DNA of 64,000 nucleotides from Sphagnum compactum (Eukaryota). The stretch covers positions 2,046,001-2,110,000 of the forward strand of contig OZ234493.1 in NCBI GenBank assembly GCA_965153455.1, given 5' to 3'. Shown here piece by piece: positions 13,398 to 24,867 of the stretch (the first letter of the stretch is position 1; the number at the start of each line of letters is the position of its first letter). Position numbers and translations under genes: made by a program. The notes under the pieces were generated by a model. It was not told the DNA's origin. It made no database searches and saw only the letters and a list, made by a program, of their open reading frames with translations.

Positions 13398-16237
13398 ATG
13401 TCGAGCTTGAGCTTGAGTCATAGGCGGCATGAGTTTCCTAGGGACACCTTGCCGCAGACGCCAAAGGCTCGGAAGCAGTGGGAGTGGACGAGACCAGTGC
13501 AATATCTGCTTAAGGAGCAACGGCTCCTGTTCGTTCTCGTAGGTATGGCATTTGCATCTGCCTTGTTCTTCCTTCAGCAGCCTCAGCACCGCTTTGGCTC
13601 CACAGTAGTAGACACGAGCGAGCATCGCGCTGCTGCCCTGTCAGAAAGGCGCGATATCAACTATTACAAAGACGCGGCTTCAAGTGAGCTTTTTGGCAAT
13701 TCCCTGGGGGTTTACGATAGCTCGGAGTTGTTCGGGAAGCAGCAGCACATGGGAATCATCAGTACTGCGGGGGCCAAAGTTCCTCTTGGTTTGAAAAGGA
13801 CAGCATTGAGAGTGGTAGTGACAGGAGGGGCAGGCTTCGTGGGAAGCCATCTTGTAGACAAACTGATTGCAAGAGGTGACAGCGTCATTGTTGTCGACAA
13901 CTTCTTCACTGGGAGGAAAGAGAATGTGATGCATCACTTTGGCAACCCGCGGTTTGAGCTCATTCGCCATGATGTGGTTGAACCGCTGCTTTTGGAGGTT
14001 GATCAGATCTATCATCTCGCATGCCCAGCCTCACCGGTCCATTACAAGTTCAATCCTGTGAAGACCATCATATCCTCTTCAATACATGTTTGCTCTTCGC
14101 TTTTTGACTTCCATTCCGAAGAGGGAAGCAAGAAAGAAAGATTCTCTTCTTCTTGGGTAGATGCTAGTCTTCACTTGATCCAGTTAGGGCTATTTCTGTG
14201 GCATGCAGATTGAGTTGTCATGATGAAAAATCCTTGACCTTTGAACACAAGACTAATGTGGTAGGGACACTCAACATGCTGGGGCTGGCGAAGCGAGTTG
14301 GTGCGAGGTTCTTACTGACAAGTACCAGTGAGGTTTATGGAGATCCCCTGCAGCACCCTCAGAAGGAAGAATACTGGGGCAATGTCAATCCCATTGGTAA
14401 GCCCAGTGACCTGTTTCACTCCATATTGTTGTCAAGAGCATGCATGGGATTCTTTCAATTCTTCCAAAACTGTGGTTGGAAGCTACACAAACAAGCAGGA
14501 GGGATTTGATTATGGCCTTTTTACATTACACAAATCTCATTAGCACTTGACATCAATCAACAACATGGGATCAAGGTGTGTGGTAGTCATTGCCAAGGGC
14601 ACAGAACAGAAGAGAGTCTGTACCAATTGGAGAAACAGTCTGGTATGCTTTTCCCATGAGGGGTCTCAAACCTTTCCAATGTCTACAGGTGTTAGGAGTT
14701 GTTACGATGAAGGGAAGCGCACAGCTGAGACATTGGCAATGGATTACCACAGAGGAGATTCAGTGAATGTATGTTTTCATCTTATTTCTTAAATTGTATT
14801 GGTTTGGTAGTAGTATCACTGCCTCCCAAATTGTTAGAGATCTGATAAGTTTGACTTGTCATCTGCATGGTGCAGAACCTCATTCCTGTATCTTCAACCT
14901 GTAACTTATGTGGGTTGAGATCCCTCCCCTTGTTGTTCACTTGACAACTTCAGCTCTCCAATGAGAATGTCTGAGAAGTCACCATTGTGGAGCTCAATTG
15001 TGTCCTAATGGGCCACATGTTTTAAGCTATGGAATAGGTGAAGTTACTTCTGAAGCTGTATCTGCAGGTCCGCATTGCCCGGATTTTCAACACTTATGGC
15101 CCTAGAATGTGCATTGATGATGGTCGCGTTGTGAGCAACTTTGTGGCCCAGGTGTGTGCATTGTACAAGCCCCCAAATCTGCTTGCCTGAACTCTGTAAT
15201 GTCAAGAATTACTCAGAACAGCCTTGAATCTGTGAATCTTAGTGAGAGCTTCTGATTCTGTATGCAGGCACTTCGCAAGGAACCACTGACAGTATATGGT
15301 GACGGAAAGCAAACTCGGAGCTTCCAATATGTTGCAGATTTGGTATGTTTGTGTTGTTAGTAGTAAGAAAAGCAGAGAGAGCACTTGAAGGAAGAATCTT
15401 GAAGTTTGTCCTTGATTCCCCTCTTATTTAATTGTTATGAGATATGTTGGCCATCATGGAAAATGTATCAACTTTGAATACTTGGATCTTATGTTTTCCA
15501 GAAAACCTCATGGTAGCCTCTTCAAATCAATGATGATTCCTAATTAGCAAACCTAATGCTATGTATAACATGTCACATAAGGTGGCACCCTATTCACAAA
15601 AGGAGCCAGGAAAGTTTTGATTTTGACAGGATGTTGGGGAGAACATCTAATTTTGAAGGTCAGGTATGAGAGGTGTGCTAGGATTGACAATGTGACAGCA
15701 TTGGTGTGCAGGTGGATGGCTTGATGCGATTGATGGAGGGTGAGCATGTAGGGCCTTTCAATTTGGGAAATCCTGGGGAGTTCACAATGTTGGAACTTGC
15801 AGAGGTCAGAGGATGCTTCCTCTAGCTTGATTTGAAAGCAAAGTAACTGTAACCTGCCTCATGTTTTTGCTGTTCAGAAGTCTTGCTTAGGGACATTGCT
15901 TTGAGGAGACGATCACTCATTCTGTGGCATAGTCAGTTTTGCAGTGCTTGATCTACTGTGTGTAAGGATGCTCTGTGTGAATTACACACTGATTTTTCTT
16001 TTTTGTTCCTGTCTTCATCAGGTAGTAAAGGAAGTGATAGATCCTGCTGCAAAGATTGAGTTCCATGAGAACACAGCAGATGACCCTCATAAGAGGAAGC
16101 CTGACATTACCAAAGCCAAGGACCTGCTGGGATGGGAGCCTAAAGTTTCTTTGAGAGAGGGGCTCCCACACATGGTGTCTGACTTCCGAAACCGTATTTT
16201 TGGTGATCAAAAGGAGGAATCATCACCTTTAGAGTAA
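13398..16237 (+). CDS. UXS: UDP-glucuronic acid decarboxylase / UDP-xylose synthase, membrane-anchored type. Exons 13398-14069, 14249-14396, 14689-14768, 15068-15151, 15268-15342, 15712-15804, 16022-16237
   Basis: N-terminal TM ([17 protein letters not shown]), [66 protein letters not shown]. Confidence 0.96.
14070..14248 (+). other. U12-type (minor spliceosome) AT-AC intron
   Basis: 5' ATATCCTC, branch TCCTTGAC at 14231-14238, 3' AC. Removing it restores PVKTI-KTNVVG. Confidence 0.92.
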
Positions 16238-17007
16238 CAATCCTCTCCTCTGTATTCCTGGTCAGAGGACACAATCTGTTTTTCAACTCTGCACCCTTCA
16301 CTCACATGGGTGGGAACCATTTATTTCTCTCCTATAATGAGCAGAGCTGCACTGGGTGTAGCAGTTGTTCAGGCACTTTAGTGATATATACAAGCAAGGA
16401 TGGTAGTCTTGCAACATATCTTAAGGGTACAGGGGTGTGTGAAAACTAAGAATAGCCAAAATTCTTCTTCCCATTTACGGGATCTGTTTCTTGCTACTTT
16501 GCAGTGGCTTGCTGAGTAGTGCCATTGAAAATGTGGACCATTCTCATCTCTCTTTCATGTATCTGGTGACGACATGTAGCAGTTACTCTAGTTTATTGAG
16601 AGTGCTTGTCTTCTGTCCTCAATAGCTTCAACCCAAGTAGCAGGTGTCACGTATTCCAGGATGTTATGCAAGTTAGATACAATTATGGCTGGTTTTCTTA
16701 TTTTTGATCGCTACAAGGTGTTCAGCTGCTATACTTTGGAAGGCTGTGGCTGTTGATTTTTATTTGCATCCCCAATGTGTGTTATATGTTATTAAATTGA
16801 CATTATGGATCAGCTACTTAGGCTGTAAAATACCATTTCAATGAAAGCTGCATTATCATTCAACAAAAGCCATTCTGTTTGTATCAGTGATACTGATGGT
16901 CTATATGTTTTATCAGGTGAAAATGTATAGTGATTTGGAGTAATGCATGGTGTACAGTAGACAAACTATAAGGAACTCAAGTTCTCTATAGACAAAAATA
17001 TCTGTTG

Positions 17008-17252
17008 TTTTTCTTGATTGATGACAATTTAAAAGTAAAACCTCACCACGCAAAGATGTGCAGGGGATTTATTATAAGTCCACATTTAGACCACAAATTA
17101 CTATATATGTATACTAAAATGGCAAGTATCGTCAATCCATTTAGGTTCTCTGATTTAGTTGTTCTTTCTTGATTGATGACAATTAAAAATTAAAACTTAA
17201 CACACAAGAACCCAAAGGGGATTTATAGGTCTGCATTTACTCCACAAATTAC
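17008..17252. repeat. Degenerate direct duplication of about 90 bp
   Basis: TTTCTTGATTGATGACAATT...GGGGATTTAT...CCACAAATTAC at about 17010-17100 and 17165-17252. Confidence 0.75.
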
Positions 17253-18184
17253 CAATGTAGGTATATGAATATTACATTGGCTAGAAATTTCATTTTTGAT
17301 TCACATACAACAATCTGTATTGAAGGATCCATGAGTATATTTATATTATACATTAGTATACTAGGGCCATTATCTCATTTTGATTGCACTAATTTTAAGG
17401 TTTCATTAATCAATAAAATAATCAATTTTAATGGAATTTAAAAAATGGTTCATCTAGTTGTGTTTGTCATCTTCCATGTGAATGTGATTGTTTTGTCAAA
17501 TTTTCAATTTTACCACACATTTATCACATTTTTGTTGGAAAAACTCATTTTTTGAATTGAAAAATTTCAAATTAATCACATGGTATCCAAACATGGTTCG
17601 CATGGTTCAAATTTATTTTATTTTATTTGGAATATATTTGTGTCTTTGAATACACTAATATATTCGTTTCCACAAATATATTCCAATCTTTCACTTTATA
17701 AAATGAAATAAAATAGTTTTTTAATATATTGCCTATATTATATTTTAACATAATATACAAAAATATTGTGAAATTCTTTCAAAATTTGATGTGGGATACA
17801 TTCAAACATGTGCACCTTTGGAAATTAGTACAATGTGACACCCCAAAAAGGATCATCATAGTGTGCTTTCACCCCATACCCATCCACCCACCATGGCCTC
17901 CTACCTACCTTGGTCTTGTCCACAACTCACTTAGATACTATACATTTATAGACATGTACAAGATATATATACAAATATATTCCACATAATATATGTTAGT
18001 AAGGGGGATTGAACCTTGGTTTCTTTGGTTGCACACCAATGTTTTGGCCATTAAACCACCACACCACTTTGTAAAACAATATGATTTCAAATGGATTTAA
18101 ACATGTTTATTTGAACTTCAATAAATTTTTTTGTCAATGTGTATAAGAACATTTCACTTCAATTTTTTTCATAAGTATGTAAAT

Positions 18185-18415
18185 AAGTACCTAACTAGGT
18201 AGATAGGTAGGTACACATGCCTGTCTACCTATGTTTTTAGATGTACATACCTACATATGTAAAATATAAGTAGGTATGTAGGTAGATAATAGGTTGGTAG
18301 ATATATAGTAGGTAGATAGGACGTAGGTAGGTAGATGGTAAATATAAGGTAAGTAAGTAGGAAGATAGGTAGGACATAAGTAGATATAAAATAGTTAAGT
18401 AGGTAGGTAGGTAGC
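18185..18415 (-). repeat. GTAG/CCTAC low-complexity array
   Basis: Repeated GTAGGTAG/GTAGAT units, the reverse complement of the CCTAC arrays at 12240 and 34390. Confidence 0.8.
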
Positions 18416-18626
18416 CTAATAGCCATAACAGTTAAACTAGGTAACTAAATTCATATGATCAATTTGATTAAACCATGGGCATCTTGATGGACCATTTTAA
18501 AAATTTAACCCTTTTGACTAAAATCATTACTTAACATTTGGTCAAAATGGTCACGTTAATAAAAAAAACCAACCAAAAGAATCACATGTCTTTCATTCCC
18601 CATGCCTTTAATCAAAGTGGACGAAA

Positions 18627-19180
18627 TTAAAAGGCCTTGTCCTCTTCTTCCCTTGTTTGCCGCACATGATCTTTATCATTACCCATTGTTGCCTTTTTTG
18701 CAGGTTGTGATTTTCTTTGAGCAAACAACCCGACATGAATAGAATCAAAATGAATATTCATGGGACTAATCCCATTAATCTTATTATACTTAATCAAACC
18801 CTTCTTCAAAACAAAAATTTGGGACAAAAAATTACCTGCCACTTTCTCTAATATGCATACAATACATCACAACATTTGCAAATTTGAGATCCACATGTAA
18901 ATCATCATTCACAACAAAAAGACCAACAAACGGAATTTCAATGGTGAGGGTTCCAAAATACAGCTTGAATTCCTTTAACTACAAGCTCCAATACCTCATT
19001 CTCTAATGAAATTGTAGTTTTTACGTGCACATTCTCCATATCTAAAAATGAAATGTTGGGGATCACATCTTCACATAAATATGGTTCATCAACCCCACCA
19101 ACACTTTCGACAATGGCATAAAGGAAAACAAGGAACATCAACTTGTTTTGTGTTCTTTTCTTCTCTACAAAGTATTTCAT
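18627..19180 (-). mobile_element. Decayed DNA-transposon fragment with BED-type zinc finger (hAT-like)
   Basis: Reading across stops and frameshifts: FWNPHH*NSVCWSF..VNDDLHVDL..QML*CIVC...KKGLIKYNKINGISPMNIHFDSIH, i.e. W-x-F, CxxC, G-x-S-x-M-xx-H-x4-H. Confidence 0.55.
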
Positions 19181-21674
19181 TTACACTTTTGCATATTCAA
19201 ATGACTTGTCTATATAATTAAAAGTTGGTATTTTGCACTGTCTTCCCCTTTTTGTTAGCTTTTACCCATTTACCCATTTGTGACTTTTTCCATCTTTTCC
19301 CTTGCTCAATGCAAAGTAACCATTAATTATTAATTTCTCACATACAATTAAAATAATAATCAGCAATTCCCCCCAAATATTATTTAAAAATAATTATCAA
19401 TTATCATATTTGCTTTTTCCTATCATCACCTTTCTATTGTCACAATGTCAAAATTGAATAATTTTGTTCACTTGGATCACACCAACCCATAATCCAATTC
19501 AATTTAGGGTCACTATCACATTGAATAAAAGATTAATTCTCTTTAAATCTTCTCTTCATATTCGTGTGATTTTATGAGTTTCTTGATATAATCAATACAC
19601 AACGTTTTTTTTAATAATGTTTTCAATAAGGGACGATTCAATTTCTATGTAACAAAACTAATGGAAGTGAAAATGACTTCATGGAAAATTTATATGGACC
19701 TCATGAAATTGGGGACCATTATTGTGTTGATACACCTATTTCAACCTAGGTATAGAATATATGTATGAAGAAAAAGATATATGTCAAGTATGAACTCACT
19801 TGTCTATTCAACAATATTCATTCTAAGTTAATTTAGGGCTTTAATTACCTAAATGGGTTTGGTTTTTAACAATTGTGATATGGCTAACAAGATCATTTTT
19901 CAAGCTTGTAGGTGTCAATGTCCAAAGCTAGATAGGAGTATGGCAAAAGATTAAGTATTCAAACTTTATTTGTTGTTCATTATTTGCAATTTTTTTATTA
20001 TGAATTGCATCGGTTGTGCATTGTGTGCATGACATATTATTTTTTGTTTTATGCATTTCAATTGTACGAATCAACTTCCAATATCATCTCATGCTCATAC
20101 ACACCCCCACATGAATGCAAAAAAAAAGAAATATCAATACCATAAACAAGTAAACAAATGGTAACAAAGTAGGTGGCATATCAAAATCCAATTCAAAAAA
20201 TGAGATAATTTTAAACATGAACACAAAAAATAGATTCAAATTTTTTTAAAGTTTCATTATAAAATCATTGGAATCCTCCATTTGAATTTATGACAAATTA
20301 AAATTGAGGAATTTTAATATAATATTAAACAAGCAAAAAGTACACTTGAAATTGATTGGTCAATATGGTGTTCAAACAAATGTGAGACAAATGTGACAAA
20401 TAGAGGTTTATACTTGCTTGGATATTAAGTTGATTTTCTTTTTGATCATTAGTGAATATCATATTAGGTGATAATTAAATTGATAATTGACAAATCGAGT
20501 TTTAGGTGAAAATTAAGGTCATTTTTATTTTCTCAAAATGTTAATATTGCAATTATGAGCAAAGCCGCTACACAAGTCTAGTTTTTAATGTAGGAGGCTC
20601 TAGGTAGCTAGGGTTTATGTCTATAGTTAGTTGTAGGTATGGTCTAAAGTTTAAAGTTTATACGTTTTCAAAGTTTGAATTTTTAATGTTAACATGGCAA
20701 ATAGGCTAAGATATCCAAAAAGCCTTGCAACAACTGTCTTGCGGGCCACAACATCCACATGAATAAAAAGGCTCCATAGAAAAATAGAAAGGCAATATGA
20801 AAAATTTGAAATTTACGACAAAGGGTTTCTCATTTTGTTAAATATTAATCTTGTAATAATCAAGCTGTGAGAACCACCTTAAATAACTAAATGTTTTAAA
20901 ATTGATGAGAATTGAAACCTTTGAGAACCAACTTTGTGAAAAAAAAAAAAAATTCTAAAACCCAACTAGTTTTTTAAAGCTTGAATTTTAGTTTGTTTAA
21001 TGAACTAGACTAGTTCTTAAAAGCTTTTTAAAAAAAATCAAAATCCATAGTTTAAATTTTTTTAAAAAAAAAGTGAGCATCACCCAACGTTGGTTCAAAC
21101 CTACTTTTACATTACAACATTTAATGAAATAAATATATACTAAATAAAAATATAAAAATCATCATATATTCAAAGTGTGTCATCAAATAATTTTTTTATT
21201 TGTTAGAGTGTACTTGACACATAATTCAAACAAAAGTTCACATTACAAAAATTTCACAAATCTTTATATTTTAAAAAAAGATTGAAAACAATGCAAATTA
21301 TAAGAATTAGTGGAATCGTAATGAAGAATCACCTTATTTCTAACATTAAAATGAAAAAACTCAAATAGTGTTACCACAAAAGCATGAACATGAGTCTAAA
21401 TGGATAGATAGACTCGCCTTCATTACATCATGCTATGTTCAACTTGATCTATGTGCTAACATAAGCACTACATTCACAAAGAATGTATACATTAAAATTC
21501 ATGTATGCACAATATATGGGAACACTTTAAAAAAAAAAAAAACACATCTCAACTAGTAAAAAGTAAAAATGAAATCAATGAGGCTACAAACCCACAATGA
21601 GCCTGGGTTTTGGTTTCCAGTGAGCCGGGGTTGTTGTTTTTTGTGTCCCGCAGACCCACAACCCACCCACAAAC

Positions 21675-21792
21675 CCCGGCCAGCTACCACTTGCTACCCG
21701 GACTCACTTTCCCGGCCAGCTACAGCTACCCGGCCAGCTACCACGTGCTACCCTCGGGTCCGGGTCCGGTTTTCACTTTCCCGGCCAGCTAC
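21675..21792. repeat. GC-rich array of four CCCGGCCAGCTAC copies
   Basis: Copies at about 21675, 21711, 21729 and 21780, immediately after very AT-rich DNA. Confidence 0.85.
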
Positions 21793-21933
21793 CCCGTCTG
21801 GGCTCGAATCTCCCGAGTCCTTTCTCTTCTCATAGGCTGTGCTAGGCCGCATGTTCTGAAGAGTAGGAAGAGTATAAGAACTGGGACATGATTTTGTGTG
21901 GAGATCAGTATGGTTTTGATCGAAACAAATACT

Positions 21934-22524
21934 TTACTGCCTCACAGTTTTGCGAGAGTCCTTTGAATTAGTATCAGAGATGGGTGCAGGAATCAGTTTC
22001 ATGAGTGCAGACGTTGCAACACCTTCAACGAGCGAATGGCAGGCACTAGCGTCAAGCTTCGCTTCGGATTCTGCGACGCTGATGTCAAGGCTGCTCCTTC
22101 TCTTCATTTTCATCACCATCCCTGCCTGTGGCCTGCATCTCCACATGCGGAAGCGGTTTTCAGAAAACGAGGATGGTATGTTACTAAATTCAAAACCAGT
22201 CCCATGAGAGCAAAGCAAGCTAGCGTTTGTAACTGGGCTAATCTTGAGTCCGACTTAATATTTTGCCAGCTATTCATCGTCGACGACACTTGCGTACGCA
22301 TCCTAGTTTTGTGTATTGATACCAGATGTAACTGACTGTGTTTAAATAACCTTTACCTGTTGATGGGTCGGAACTGCAGGCCGCACAGGAGAAGAGCCAC
22401 CGGAAGATATCGAGATGAACGATTTGCATTCAGCTGAAGGACCTTCTTCTTTCACTGGTGCTGTTGCGGAGTCTATTTTATCCGCAGCAAACACCGTGTC
22501 ACTGGATGCGGTTTCCATTGCCAT
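21934..22524 (-). pseudogene. Uncharacterised two-segment coding-like unit (small gene or pseudogene)
   Basis: ATG at 22524 and a strong donor CAG|GTAAAG at about 22356. The downstream ORF 21934-22218 is in the same frame; the acceptor is unresolved. Confidence 0.3.
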
Positions 22525-24867
22525 GGATGCTTCCAGCTAAACTAGCTCCAGTGCTTTCACTTATTAGAGGTCTGCTTTTCTGGTGTTGTAAATAAGAGTG
22601 TCTCTTCCTTCATGTTTATGGCATCCTCGGAGAGCGGATCGGCTAGACGTGCTTATAGTTATGAATCAAAATTGTGTCTTCCTTGATGTTTGAGACATTT
22701 TTGTAGAGCTGATCGACTAGACCTGTTTATAAGCAAATATCTTATTAGTCTACCGAACGCTCTGTAGTGAGATTTGAAAGCAGACCTTGTATTGACATAC
22801 TTGAACATTAAAGTATGTTTTTTGGCTGGATCAGTTGTTTGGTTATCTTTTAATGTTGGAATTTCAAAGGGGCTTCTTTTCTATTTCCAATTGGCTATGT
22901 ATATGTATTATTCATGCTTTCGATATCTTGGCTCCATTTAGTACAACATCTTGGCTCACTGTTGGCATCTCGGAGCTCCGTTTCCTTCGCTCCTCTTCTT
23001 TCTATCGAAGTAGTGTTGTCGTTGTCGTTGTTGATTGTTCCTTTCTCAATTTTCTTCTGTATACAAATCTTGTGGTCATACTCTAAATCTCGATCTCTTC
23101 TATCCACCTGTTTGCTTCGGATTTCGGAAGGCACATTGTGAAAAATCTGGCTCGTGAGGGTCCAAAATTAGCACTAAAAATTAAAATAATCCGGCTGTTC
23201 TTTACGATTGAGTTTTGTTGTTCTCTGCCTCAGAACACTAAGTACCGAGCGTGGTGTTTTCTGTTTTGTTTTGTTGTTTTTTTTGGCTTAAGCAATTTCC
23301 ATCAGGTGTCACAAGTGATCTTTGCCTTGCACATTCATATTAAGGTCGTGACGTGCAGTGACGACGCTTTCTGCTCAGTTGTAGGGATCTACTGTCCAGG
23401 TTTTTGTTGGTGGTAAGGAGCAAAACCTCGACTCGATCAGACGTTGTTGAACTTTCCTTGCTTTTCAGACGTTCTTGGCTGGGAACATCGTAGTTTGGAC
23501 TCGGTTTTTTTTTCTGTTTTGGTTGTCTTCCATTGCTGTTTGATGTTGCTCTGATACTACTCGTTTGCGCAATGGCGACCGGCTGGTGATGCTTTGATAT
23601 TTTTCGGAAGTGAGTCTCCTTTGTCAATTCTGATACAAGTAGCAAGTCGCAGTTTCTAGGATTTCGCATATGATGAAGAAAATGTGACGAGTATGTTATT
23701 AAGATCTCTAACTTGGAAACTGCTAACACTGGTGCAATTACTAAAATAGATTTTTTAATTAATTAATTATTTATTCCAATCTTGTATTATTATATTGATG
23801 TCCTAACACTATTGCAAGAAACAAAGTCACATACATCAAAACATGCACACAAATCAATAAACAACTAATAATTAATAATTCTATAGTAACTATGTGAGCA
23901 GTTTGCTGCCCACATTTTTTGAGGTTCAGGCTTGTCAAACATTGATCAATGCAGTTTATGGTGATAGGTTTCAATGTTGCACTTAAAAAGAAGCTCAAAA
24001 TTTCTGAATTACAGTAGATGGTAATTTCTTTTGGGCTAATTGTGATGTCAGATCTATTTTAAATACTACACCAAAATATGGGATTCATGACTTAGTCCTT
24101 TTCAATTCGATTAATTGTTTATGTTATTTTTAATTCGTTAATGTCATGTGTAGTTGTATCGGTTTAATCGGGAATGTCATGTTTTGGGATAATGAAATAA
24201 CTTGGTTGGATTGATTCTGAGTTTTGAGTATTTCCTCCAATTACTCTTTTTAGAATGAAAATTGTTCAAGCAATGAGTCGCTTACAAAACCTACTATATA
24301 ACTACAGGCTAACCACTTACTTTTTAACAAAATTCAGTAATCCATGCTTTCCGAAAATTTTAAGAACTATGATGTAAACTAAACCAAAAAATTCTCACAA
24401 ATTGAACTGAATCACATGCAAGCTAGCTAGTGATTCTTTCTTCCTCGAAACTAGTGTTGTTTCTTGAATCACTCAAGTCAGCTATAATTTATAAACACTG
24501 TCCATTTCAAACTAAAAAATTATCTATTGATCAAAAGGACCCAATTTTTTTTCGGTTGTGAAGTTCAATCAACAATATATATTGTGCAGCAGCCAGAAGC
24601 TAATTGTCTTTTATTTGCAACTATAAAATTCAAATTAGGTCCCCCACTTATTACCAACTGGGTGAATGGTCTAGCTTGGTCTTTAGCTTGGTGTATCTCT
24701 GTAGTTATTTGTGACCTACCAGGCTACCACACTTGTAAGTAAGGACTTGGTGGGTACTGGTAGAGATATGACATTAGGCATCCTGCAGCTGCTCCTGCAG
24801 TAGTAGTAGGTTCTGAAACACACAGCAATTGTAAAGCCAAGCAGAAGCTTCTTCCAACACAAACAGC

